Source of the DNA: Spirochaetia bacterium
Lineage (GTDB): Bacteria; Spirochaetota; Spirochaetia; SZUA-6; Bin103
DNA length: 64,000 nt
Assembly (NCBI GenBank): GCA_965203905.1
Contig: CBDBDQ010000005.1
Span: forward strand, 7,136,001 to 7,200,000
Direction of reading: 5' to 3'
How positions within the stretch are numbered: position 1 is the stretch's first letter; the number at the start of each line of letters is the position of its first letter. Shown here one piece after another: positions 30,875-39,468 of the stretch. The notes under the pieces were generated by a model, which saw nothing but the letters and a program-made list of their open reading frames with translations, had not been told where the DNA came from and did no database searches. A program made the position numbers and the translations under genes.

Positions 30875-31665
30875 CGCAGCACTTCGTTCATGCTGCCGGA
30901 ACGAAATCCCTCCAGGTCCAGCGTCACGTACACGAACCCCAGGTCCTTCAACCCCTGCACGATCCGCTCCCGGTGCTCCAGCACCAGCGGCAGTTCCGGC
31001 GGCTCCACCTCCAGGCGGGCGACCTTGTCGTGGTGCCGCACGCGAAGCTGGCCCAGCCCCAGCTCGCCCAGCAGCGCCTCCGCCGCCTCCACCTGGCTCA
31101 GCTTCCCGTGCGTCACCGCCGCGCCGTAGGGGATGCGCGACGCCAGGCAGGCCGCCGCCGGCTTGTCCCAGATCGGCAGGCCCAGCTCGCGCGCCATGGC
31201 CCGCACCTCGGCCTTGCTGACCGCCGCCTCCTGCAGCGGGCTGCGCACCCCGCGTTCCACCGCCGCGCGCCGGCCGGGGCGGTGGTCGCCCACGTCGTCG
31301 GCGTTGGTGCCGTCCACCACGTAGCGGTAGCCTTCGCCCTCGGCGTAGTCGATCAGCACCTCGTAGACGTTGGTCTTGCAGAAGTAGCAGCGGTCCGGGG
31401 CGTTGGCCTGATAGCGCGGGTCCTCAGTCTCGTGGCTGTCCAGGAACACGTGGCGAATGCCGATGCGCTGCACCAGGTCCGCTACCGCCTGCCGCTCCTG
31501 GGCCGCCAGGCTCGGCGACACCGCGGTCAGCGCCAGCGCCGAATCACCCAGGCGGTCGCGGGCCACCTTGGCCAGCAGACCACTGTCCACGCCCCCGGAC
31601 AGCGCCACCGCGACGCTGCCCATGCCCTCCAGAATGCCTTCCAGCCGGCGTAGTTTCTGCTCCAT
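30871..31665 (-). CDS. larE: ATP-dependent sulfur transferase LarE
   Basis: PP-loop SGGVDS, RCYFCK, DGTNADD, RPG, ACLASRIPYG, GFRSGSMN. Confidence 0.95.
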   Translation of the reverse strand: MEQKLRRLEGILEGMGSVAVALSGGVDSGLLAKVARDRLGDSALALTAVSPSLAAQERQAVADLVQRIGIRHVFLDSHETEDPRYQANAPDRCYFCKTNVYEVLIDYAEGEGYRYVVDGTNADDVGDHRPGRRAAVERGVRSPLQEAAVSKAEVRAMARELGLPIWDKPAAACLASRIPYGAAVTHGKLSQVEAAEALLGELGLGQLRVRHHDKVARLEVEPPELPLVLEHRERIVQGLKDLGFVYVTLDLEGFRSGSMNEVLR

Positions 31666-31675
31666 TCCTGCCACG

Positions 31676-31684
31676 TTATACCAC
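31676..31684 (-). promoter_or_regulatory. Extended -10 element (TGGTATAAC) just upstream of larE
   Basis: The reverse strand reads CGTGGTATAACGTGGCAGGAATG, which implies a very short leader. Confidence 0.45.
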
Positions 31685-31808
31685 GTAGCAGCGAGTCGCG
31701 CCCGCCGCGCGCCTCCAACTCCTCCAACTTGACGCGATGTCCACTGACCCGCCATCGTGCGCACGGTGTCCGGCGGTGCGAGCTCGCCGCCGGCCTCGCA
31801 GGAGACGG

Positions 31809-32306
31809 ATGGCAGTATTCTGGCTCACCGGCATGCCCTGTTCCGGCAAGACCACCATCGGCCATGCGCTGGTGGAACGGCTGGGCGCGCTCGGCCGGGT
31901 GGCGTGTCTGATCGACGGCGACGTGGTGCGGCGCGGCGAGTTGAGCCGCGGGCTCGGCTTTTCCGCCGCCGATCGGCGCGAAAACGTGCGCCGCGTCGCG
32001 GGCCTGGCCGCCCGGCTGGCACGAGACGTCGACGTGGTGGTGGCGATGGTGTCGCCGACCGAGCAGATCCGGGAGCCGGCGCGGGCGCTTCCCGGTCTGG
32101 TCATGGTCGGGCTGCACTGTCCGCCGGACGTAGCCCGGCAGCGCGACTTCAAGGGCGTCTACCGGCGCGCCTGGGAGGCCGCCTCCTACGAGCCGCCCGA
32201 TCCCGCTTCCGCCATCATCGACACCAGCCGCACCGGCGTGGCGCAGTGCGTGGAGCAGATCCTGGACTCACCGGCGTCCGACGCGCTCAGCCGTCCCAGC
32301 TCGTAG
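31809..32306 (+). CDS. cysC: Adenylyl-sulfate (APS) kinase
   Basis: VFWLTGMPCSGKTT, IDGDVVR, LGFSAADRRENVRRV, RDFKGVY and YEPP. Shorter than canonical CysC. Confidence 0.85.
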   Translation: MAVFWLTGMPCSGKTTIGHALVERLGALGRVACLIDGDVVRRGELSRGLGFSAADRRENVRRVAGLAARLARDVDVVVAMVSPTEQIREPARALPGLVMVGLHCPPDVARQRDFKGVYRRAWEAASYEPPDPASAIIDTSRTGVAQCVEQILDSPASDALSRPSS

Positions 32307-32487
32307 TATCAATGCGGCGCGCTGGCTCTGGTGCCGGGTTCCGAGCCGGCCTCTTGCGGGCGGCGCTGAGTGCCTGCGCGGTCCGGTCGAGCTCAACCAG
32401 TATGTCGAAACGGCGAGAGATAGCCTCAGGCGACATGTCGCGCGACACACCACGGCTACCGGCCTTCGTTTCATCCGCGTCGTTCAC
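32287..32487 (-). CDS. Small hypothetical partner of the nucleotidyltransferase
   Basis: 66 aa with DMSPEAISRRF; GTGA overlap with the upstream gene. Confidence 0.5.
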   Translation of the reverse strand: MNDADETKAGSRGVSRDMSPEAISRRFDILVELDRTAQALSAARKRPARNPAPEPARRIDTTSWDG

Positions 32488-32942
32488 GGAGCCTCCTCAA
32501 GGTGCTCGATGTCGCTGAGATCCTGGTGGCGGCCGGCTACTCTTTTCATCACGAGCAACCCGGCGAGGGAGACGACCGTTAGCGCCATGCCGTCCAGCTC
32601 ATAGGTCTCACGAGCGTCCCAGACCTCCTGGAGAAAGCTGGGCAGCAACAGCAAGTCGACCGTTAGCAGATCATTACCTACCCTCTTGGAGACCCGAAAC
32701 ACGTTTCTCTCGTATGGCCCGCCCGGATCGAACGGGATCATCCTGCCATGAAGAGTGAAGCCGGCGGCAGTCAACGCCGCGTCAGCCGCCTCCCGATCCT
32801 GCGCCCTGATAAGCAGGTCTATGTCCCGGGTCAACCGCGGATGTCCATGTAAGACCACGGCCATGCCACCGCAGAGAGCGTACGGCACGTCAGCTCGGTT
32901 CAACGTCGCGACTACGCCAAGAAGCTCCTGCTTCAGGTCCAC
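32484..32942 (-). CDS. Minimal nucleotidyltransferase (AbiEii/DUF6036-like)
   Basis: YALCGGMAVVLHGHPRLTRDIDLL and KRVAGRHQDLSDI. Confidence 0.75.
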   Translation of the reverse strand: MDLKQELLGVVATLNRADVPYALCGGMAVVLHGHPRLTRDIDLLIRAQDREAADAALTAAGFTLHGRMIPFDPGGPYERNVFRVSKRVGNDLLTVDLLLLPSFLQEVWDARETYELDGMALTVVSLAGLLVMKRVAGRHQDLSDIEHLEEAP

Positions 32943-33108
32943 CGGCAGACGCTATGCTCCGACTTGCCTGCTGTCAACGGCGGCCTCGCGCAGCCGCTCG
33001 GCCGCCGCTCGGCCGCTGGAGTTGCGGTCGGCGGCCCTGAGACTCCAATGTCTCAGACGGCGGCGGCTCCGACCTGGACCGCCGGACCCTTGGATAAGGA
33101 AGGTTGCA

Positions 33109-33867
33109 GTGGGAGAACGGAGAGTCCTGGTGGTCAGCGGTGCGGCGGCCGGGCTGGGCCTGGCCTCGGCCCTGCGCTTCGCCAGGGGTGGGTACGATGT
33201 CGGGCTGGTCGATGTCGACTCAGTGCGCGGCGAGCAGGCCGCACAGAAAGTCCGCGCACTGGGACGCCAGGCGCTGTTCTGCGCCTGCGACGTCACCGAC
33301 AAGGAACAGGTGGCCGCCGCCGCACGCGAGGTCAGGCGCGCGTTGGGCAAAGTGGACGCGCTGCACAACAACGCCGGGACGCAGGTGCGCGGCGGCATCC
33401 TGCGCTGCACGGAGGAGGACTGGGACCGACTCTACGACGTCACCGTCAAGGGCATCTTCCACCTGACGCGGGCGTTCGTCCCGCTCATGGCCGGCAGGGC
33501 CGGCGCGGCGATCGTCAACACCGGCTCCATCCTCGGGACTCGCCCCGCCGAGGAGCGGGCGGCCTATGCCGGCGCCAAGGGGGCCGTCGAGGCGCTGACC
33601 CGCTCCATGGCCGTGGACCTCGCCGGCCAAGGCATCCGCGTCAACTGCGTGGCGGCGGGCGCCATCGACACGCCGCTGCTTCAGCGCTACCTCAAGGAGT
33701 CCGCCTACCCGGCGGCAACCAGGTCGGGGATGATGGCGAAGTCGCTGTTCAACCGCTTCGGACGCCCCGAAGAGGTGGCCAACGTGGTCTACTTCCTGTG
33801 CAGCGAGGAGGCGTCGTTCGTCACCGGCGCCACTTGGTCCGTCGACGGCGGCTGGTCGGTCGCTTAG
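33109..33867 (+). CDS. SDR-family oxidoreductase
   Basis: SGAAAGLG, NNAG, YAGAK, VNCVAAGAIDTP and VDGG. Confidence 0.92.
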   Translation: MGERRVLVVSGAAAGLGLASALRFARGGYDVGLVDVDSVRGEQAAQKVRALGRQALFCACDVTDKEQVAAAAREVRRALGKVDALHNNAGTQVRGGILRCTEEDWDRLYDVTVKGIFHLTRAFVPLMAGRAGAAIVNTGSILGTRPAEERAAYAGAKGAVEALTRSMAVDLAGQGIRVNCVAAGAIDTPLLQRYLKESAYPAATRSGMMAKSLFNRFGRPEEVANVVYFLCSEEASFVTGATWSVDGGWSVA

Positions 33868-33939
33868 ATGCCCGTGGCGAAACTCCGGCTGCTTCGAGCG
33901 GCACGACGCCGGGTTCCGCCACGGGCTACTATCCCGCGC

Positions 33940-35061
33940 TTACGAAGCCCGAGCGGCCGGGAGCTCGGGCACGAACACGTAGCTTGGTTCCTTGCGTTGG
34001 CGGCTGATGATCGGGAGCATATCGGCCCAGGCGCGGAACAGGCCGTGCGGGGCGGGCGGCAGGTCCGGTTCGATCGCCTGCCTGAGCCTGGCCAGGTTGT
34101 AGAACGGCACGCTCGGATACATGTGGTGCTCGATGTGATAGTTCATGTGCCAATAGAGGAATCTGAAGACCGGCCCGAACACCACGGTGCGGCAGCACAG
34201 GCGGAAGTCCGGTGTGTTGGAGCTGAGCCCGGCGTGCTGCGTTTCGATGAACATGTTGCTCAGCCACGGTGCCAGCCAGCGTGCGAAGGTCACGATCAGG
34301 AGCATGATCCAGAGGTCGAACGCGATGAACACGATCGCCAGTGCCAGATGTCCGAACAGGACGATGCGGGCCCAGCGGAACAGGGCGCAACGCTTGGCGG
34401 CGGCGCCGTGGCCCGCGGGCGGATCGGCGAAGCAGCGCAACTCCCACACCGACGAGCCGGCACCGCCATTGGCGTGACTGTTGGCGCTGTTGGTCTCGGG
34501 CCTTCCCAGTGAGTTGGCCCCCGCCAACCGGCCGCGACTCCAGCGCACCAGGTGGCCGATCTCGGCCACCATGTTGGGAACCGCCAGCACCAGTTGCGTG
34601 AGCCACTGCAGGGGCCGGAACACGCGCGGGAGCCGCACCTCCAGGTCCAGTTCGTCGTGGACGGTGTACTGGTGATGGCGCACGTGGCTGGCGCGAAAGT
34701 ACTCGGGACTCGACCAGCACAGGAAGTTGCACACGCGCAGGAAGCTCTCGTTGAGCAGCCGCGACCGGAACACGGTCCGGTGCGCCAGCTCGTGGCGCGA
34801 GTGCTGCAGCGTGCGGTAGACCGTGCCGTGCACGAACAGCGCCAGGATGAGCCAGGGCCAGCTCAGGTGCAGGTGCACCAGGAACACGCCGGTGCCGGTG
34901 ACCGCAAGCAGTGCCAGATACCCCGTCACGAACAGGAACGGCCGCAGGTTGGAGCGGCGGGACAGCTCGCGCAGCCGGGAGATCGGCAGCGGCGAGCGAT
35001 ACCATCTCACCCTCTGGTTGACCGCCCAGTCATGATCCACTTGAGCGACTGCAGTTGACAT
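33940..35061 (-). CDS. Membrane fatty-acid-desaturase-family protein
   Basis: Three His boxes (HELAH, HVRHH, HIEHH) plus TM segments. Confidence 0.88.
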   Translation of the reverse strand: MSTAVAQVDHDWAVNQRVRWYRSPLPISRLRELSRRSNLRPFLFVTGYLALLAVTGTGVFLVHLHLSWPWLILALFVHGTVYRTLQHSRHELAHRTVFRSRLLNESFLRVCNFLCWSSPEYFRASHVRHHQYTVHDELDLEVRLPRVFRPLQWLTQLVLAVPNMVAEIGHLVRWSRGRLAGANSLGRPETNSANSHANGGAGSSVWELRCFADPPAGHGAAAKRCALFRWARIVLFGHLALAIVFIAFDLWIMLLIVTFARWLAPWLSNMFIETQHAGLSSNTPDFRLCCRTVVFGPVFRFLYWHMNYHIEHHMYPSVPFYNLARLRQAIEPDLPPAPHGLFRAWADMLPIISRQRKEPSYVFVPELPAARAS

Positions 35062-35217
35062 CGGCAATACCCTACTCGTCTATGACAATCGGCGCCCGTG
35101 GCGGCGGGCGCCGCAAGGTAGACTGAGGTGTGTTCCGCGGCCTGTCAACCCGGCCGAACCGGACAAACTGGACAAACGCTCGGCGTCGATGCTACCAACC
35201 TCCCGGGGGCGCGGAAC

Positions 35218-36111
35218 GTGGCGCTGACGAAACAACCGCTGAGCGCCATCGACCGAGCCCATCCCGCCTGGTACCTGCTGCCCGCCGCAACCATCTTCAT
35301 CGCGTTGTTCCTGGTGCCTATTCTGATCAACCTGGTGACCGCGTTCACCGACTGGAATGCGTACCGCAGCGGGTACAACTTCATCGGCCTGGACAACTTC
35401 GTTGCCGCCATAGAGTCAGGTGACCTGCTGCAAGTCACCCGGACGACTTTCCTCTACAGCATCGCCGTAGTTACGGCACAGAACGTGTTCGGCTTTTCGC
35501 TCGCCATGGCGCTGGAGCGGAAGACCCGGGCCAGCGACCTGTTTCGCGCCATCTTCTTCGTACCGTGCGTGGTGGCGATCGTGGTCTGGGGGTTCCTGTT
35601 CAACCAGCTGCTCCACCCCACCGGCCTGGTCAACCAGATTCTCTCCACGCTGACCGGGTCCAAGGTCGCCATCATCTGGCTGGGCAGCGTGAAGTACACG
35701 ATATTCGTGGTTGCCGCGGTCAATTCCTGGATGTGGACCGGCTTCCACATGGTGATCTACATCGCCGCCATCAACGCCATTCCCGAAGATCTCATCGATG
35801 CGGGCAAGATCGACGGGCTCGGCTATCTCGGCCGGATCTGGCACGTGATTCTGCCGCTGATCATGCAGGGAATATCGATCAACCTGGTGCTCAGCACCAT
35901 CGGCACGCTGAAGGTGTTCGACATGGTGATGGTGCTGACCAAGACCGGACCCGGCGGTGCCACCAACGTCTACAACACCTGGATCTACGAGGCATTCGGC
36001 CAGGCGCTGTACGGTTACGCCTCTGCCATCAACATTTTCCTGATCGTGCTGGTCACGGTTATCGCCTATCCGCTCTACTTCCGCATGAATCGCCGGGTGG
36101 TCGACCTGTGA
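35218..36111 (+). CDS. Carbohydrate ABC permease (MalF-like)
   Basis: FIGLDNF, DAGKIDG and TGPGGAT; multiple TM helices. Confidence 0.9.
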   Translation: MALTKQPLSAIDRAHPAWYLLPAATIFIALFLVPILINLVTAFTDWNAYRSGYNFIGLDNFVAAIESGDLLQVTRTTFLYSIAVVTAQNVFGFSLAMALERKTRASDLFRAIFFVPCVVAIVVWGFLFNQLLHPTGLVNQILSTLTGSKVAIIWLGSVKYTIFVVAAVNSWMWTGFHMVIYIAAINAIPEDLIDAGKIDGLGYLGRIWHVILPLIMQGISINLVLSTIGTLKVFDMVMVLTKTGPGGATNVYNTWIYEAFGQALYGYASAINIFLIVLVTVIAYPLYFRMNRRVVDL

Positions 36112-36935
36112 GCCGTGGCAGACTGCTCCGCTCGCTGAAATACCTGGTCATCGGCCTGCTCTCGCTGCTGATTCTGGTCCCGTTCTGGGCCATGATCGTG
36201 AACTCCTTCAAGAGTGGGGAAGACGCCGCGACGCCCACCCTCGCGCTGCCGGTGGAGTGGCGCGTGATCGACAACTACGCCACGGTGATCGAGCGTGGCA
36301 AGCTGGTGCGTGCGTTCCTGAACAGCGTCATTATCACCGGGGCATCCACCGTGCTGATCCTGTTCTGCAGCACCACTTCGGCGTTCGTGTTCGGCCGCCG
36401 CCGCCAGCGCTGGATCAAGCGGCTGTTCTACCTGTTCATGTTCGGGATCATCGCGCCGCCGTCGGTGGTGGTGTCGACGCGGCTGTTCGATGCCCTGGAG
36501 CTGGTGGGCACCTACTCCGGGATGGTCCTGTACTACGGGGCGACCTTCTGTGCGCTTCCTATTTTCATTCTCACGGGGTTCATGAGCACGATTCCGCGCG
36601 AGCTGGACGAGGCGGGGATCGTCGACGGAGCCCGCCACAGCGACCTGTTCGCGCGGCTGACGCTGCCCCTGCTGAAGCCGGCGATCGCCACCTGCTTCAT
36701 CTGGATCGTGCTGCGCATCTGGAACGACTTCCAGTTCCCGCTGTACATCCTGGGCGGAGCGGCGCGCAAGTACACCATGGTGCTCAGCGTGTACGCCTAC
36801 ATCGGAACCTGGCACGTGGCGTACAACTACGTGTTCGCCAATCTGCTGCTGGTATCGGTTCCGGTGATCGTGGCGTTCCTGTTCGCCCAGCGGCACTTGG
36901 TGCAGGGCCTTACCGCCGGCGCGGTGAAGGGTTGA
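36108..36935 (+). CDS. Carbohydrate ABC permease (MalG-like)
   Basis: IPRELDEAGIVDGA, WNDFQFP and GLTAGAVKG; GTGA overlap. Confidence 0.9.
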   Translation: MSRGRLLRSLKYLVIGLLSLLILVPFWAMIVNSFKSGEDAATPTLALPVEWRVIDNYATVIERGKLVRAFLNSVIITGASTVLILFCSTTSAFVFGRRRQRWIKRLFYLFMFGIIAPPSVVVSTRLFDALELVGTYSGMVLYYGATFCALPIFILTGFMSTIPRELDEAGIVDGARHSDLFARLTLPLLKPAIATCFIWIVLRIWNDFQFPLYILGGAARKYTMVLSVYAYIGTWHVAYNYVFANLLLVSVPVIVAFLFAQRHLVQGLTAGAVKG

Positions 36936-36974
36936 GCCGCTTCACCCGACGCCGGCGATCCTGCCCCGTGCGGT

Positions 36975-38249
36975 CTACTGATACGCCGGCAGACCGACCG
37001 CCTTGGCGCTCGCCGCGAAGTCGCGCTGCATGTCCTCGGCCGCCTCCAGGGGAGTGCGGGTGCCGGCAATGACGGTTGCGGCATAGACGCCGGTCAACTG
37101 CGGGCTTGCCTTGAGCTTGTACAGGAACGGCACTTCGCTGCGGAAGTGGGCCAGCAGGTCCGCGGAATAGGGGAACATCTCGTTCTCGATGCCCAGGTAC
37201 GCGCTGGGCGCGCGGAACGTGTCGTAGAAGCGGGCGAGATTCTCCTGCTCCAGGAACCAGTTGATGAAGGCCCAGGCACCTTCCTGGTTTTCCCCGCCGG
37301 CCTCTTCCTTCACCAGGTAGGCGAACCAGGGAAGGCTGTAATAGGCGCGGTTGCCCTGCTCGGAAATGTTGAAGCCGCCCAGTTTCGTATTGTTGAACTC
37401 CTCGGTGAAGTTGGGGAGTGAGTTGACCGAGCCCATGGCGGCATACACGGTTCCTTCGCGGAGCGCCGCGTACTGGCCCTCGGTGGTGCCCACCAGCGCA
37501 TCGGCATTGAAGTAGCCTCGGTCGCCGATCTCCTTGATGTACTCGAACGCCCGCACCATCCCGGTCTCGGCGATGCTGGTCTCGTTGTTGTTGATGCGGT
37601 CCTGGACGTCCGTGAGCACGAACTCGTCGGCGACGAAGTTGTCGGCCACGAAGCCGAGGCTCCACGCGGACTGGCCCATGGCATAGAGCGGGTCGAAGCC
37701 GGCGGCCCTGACCTTGGGTGCGACGTTCTCCAGGAAGTCGGCGGTGCTGGAAGGCACGGTGACCCCGGCGGCCTGCGCCAGATCCTTGTGGTAAAGGTAC
37801 CCGCGCAGCGTGATCGGCGAGTAGGGTATGCCGAAGTTCCGGCCGTCGACCGCGTTGGCGGCCATGACCGCTTCCGGCACCTTGATGCCGACCAGGTTGT
37901 CACGCGCCCAGTCGGTAATGTCCACGAAGTTCTGCTTCGGGTTGTACACCAGGTACTCCGCGGGCGTGCCGTGGCCGATCAGGATGTCCGGCCCCTCTCC
38001 GGTCGCGAGGCGGGTCGCGTTGGTGGTGAAATAATCCTGGCCTCCCGGCGCCGGGACCACTTCCGTCGGCCACCCGGTCTCGGCCGTGAACCACTCCAGC
38101 ATGCCCAGGAACTTCTCCTCGACCTGGTCGTCGAACAGGGTGATCTGCACCGCTTTCTTGGCGGTGCTCTCCTCCTGGGCCGTGCTCCACGCGGTGGCGG
38201 CGGAAAATGACATCGCCAGAATGACGGCGAAGACGGTTGCTCGTTGCAT
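36975..38249 (-). CDS. Carbohydrate ABC solute-binding protein (convergent with its permeases)
   Basis: Signal peptide, ATGEGPDIL, DGRNFGIPY and YHKDL. AAAGGAG RBS. Confidence 0.85.
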   Translation of the reverse strand: MQRATVFAVILAMSFSAATAWSTAQEESTAKKAVQITLFDDQVEEKFLGMLEWFTAETGWPTEVVPAPGGQDYFTTNATRLATGEGPDILIGHGTPAEYLVYNPKQNFVDITDWARDNLVGIKVPEAVMAANAVDGRNFGIPYSPITLRGYLYHKDLAQAAGVTVPSSTADFLENVAPKVRAAGFDPLYAMGQSAWSLGFVADNFVADEFVLTDVQDRINNNETSIAETGMVRAFEYIKEIGDRGYFNADALVGTTEGQYAALREGTVYAAMGSVNSLPNFTEEFNNTKLGGFNISEQGNRAYYSLPWFAYLVKEEAGGENQEGAWAFINWFLEQENLARFYDTFRAPSAYLGIENEMFPYSADLLAHFRSEVPFLYKLKASPQLTGVYAATVIAGTRTPLEAAEDMQRDFAASAKAVGLPAYQ

Positions 38250-38409
38250 GTCTGTGCTCCTTTCGTGACGGTGATGGCGTCAGGTCGTCATGGTGGGTGG
38301 AGGTTCGGCGGGCTGTCAAGTTCGCCTGCCCCGGCGGCCCCGGCGGCGCCGTCGCGGGCCGGGACGGGGTGCGGCAAGCGGGCGCGGTATTTGCTACCCT
38401 TGGGGCACC

Positions 38410-39453
38410 ATGAAAGGCGTCGTCTTCACGGGGAACCGTCAACTGGAGGTTCGCGAGCTGCCGAACCCGGAGCCGGGACCGGAGCAGGTGCTGGTCCGGC
38501 TGGCCGTCTCCTCCATCTGCGGCACCGACATGCACTTCTACCGCAAGAGCTGGGACGAGCTGGTGGAGTTCCGCAAGTCGTTCAACGGCGCTCCCGACAC
38601 CGTTCCCGGACACGAGCCGTGCGGCGTGGTCGAGGCGGTGGGAGCGAACGTCACCTCCGTCGCGGCCGGGGAGCGGGTAACCGTTTATCCGCACGTGGGG
38701 TGTGGGACCTGCGGCTACTGCTGTCGCGGCGAGGTGATGTTCTGCCCCGAACGCACCGGTTACGGGTCGGTGCACGACGGCTCCTGCGCCGAGTACATCC
38801 TGGCGCCGGCACGCAACTGCATGCGCATCCCGGATGCGCTCAGCTTCGACCGCGCGGTGGTGATCTCCTGCGCCGGTGGCACCGCCTACCAGTCGATACG
38901 GCGCCTCGACCCGTCCGGCGCCGATACCATCGGCATCTTCGGGCTGGGCCCGGTGGGGCTGTGCGCGACGGCGTTCGCGGTCGCCCGCGGGGCGCGTGTG
39001 GTCGGCCTGGACCTGCAGCCCGAGCGGCTGCGGCTGGCGCGGGCCATGGGCGCCGAACGGGTGATCAACGTGGCCGACCAGGACGCGGTGGCCGAGCTCA
39101 TGGAGTTGACCGGCGGCCGGGGACTCGACGCGGCCGCCGACTACTCGGGCAGTCCGCGGGCGCAGCAGGCGATGGTCGCGGCGGCCGGCAAGTGGGCGCG
39201 GCTGGGGCTGGTCGGCGTCGGAGAACCGTTCGAGCTCGACGCCTTCCGCGGCATGATCATGCGCCAGCTCACGCTGCTGGGATCGTGGATCTACAACCTG
39301 GGCCAGCATGAAGAGATCGTCGACCACGTGCTCGACCGGGACATTCCTCTGGAAGAGCTGATCACCCATCGTTTCTCACTCGATCAGGCGGACGAGGCGT
39401 TCCGGTTGTTCGACTCGGGCGCAACCGGCAAGGTGCTGTTCACCGACTCCTGA
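38410..39453 (+). CDS. Zn-dependent alcohol dehydrogenase (MDR)
   Basis: ICGTDMH, GHEPCG, structural-Zn CGTCGYC...C and GLGPVG. Confidence 0.92.
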   Translation: MKGVVFTGNRQLEVRELPNPEPGPEQVLVRLAVSSICGTDMHFYRKSWDELVEFRKSFNGAPDTVPGHEPCGVVEAVGANVTSVAAGERVTVYPHVGCGTCGYCCRGEVMFCPERTGYGSVHDGSCAEYILAPARNCMRIPDALSFDRAVVISCAGGTAYQSIRRLDPSGADTIGIFGLGPVGLCATAFAVARGARVVGLDLQPERLRLARAMGAERVINVADQDAVAELMELTGGRGLDAAADYSGSPRAQQAMVAAAGKWARLGLVGVGEPFELDAFRGMIMRQLTLLGSWIYNLGQHEEIVDHVLDRDIPLEELITHRFSLDQADEAFRLFDSGATGKVLFTDS

Positions 39454-39468
39454 GCGTGGCAGGTGCCG

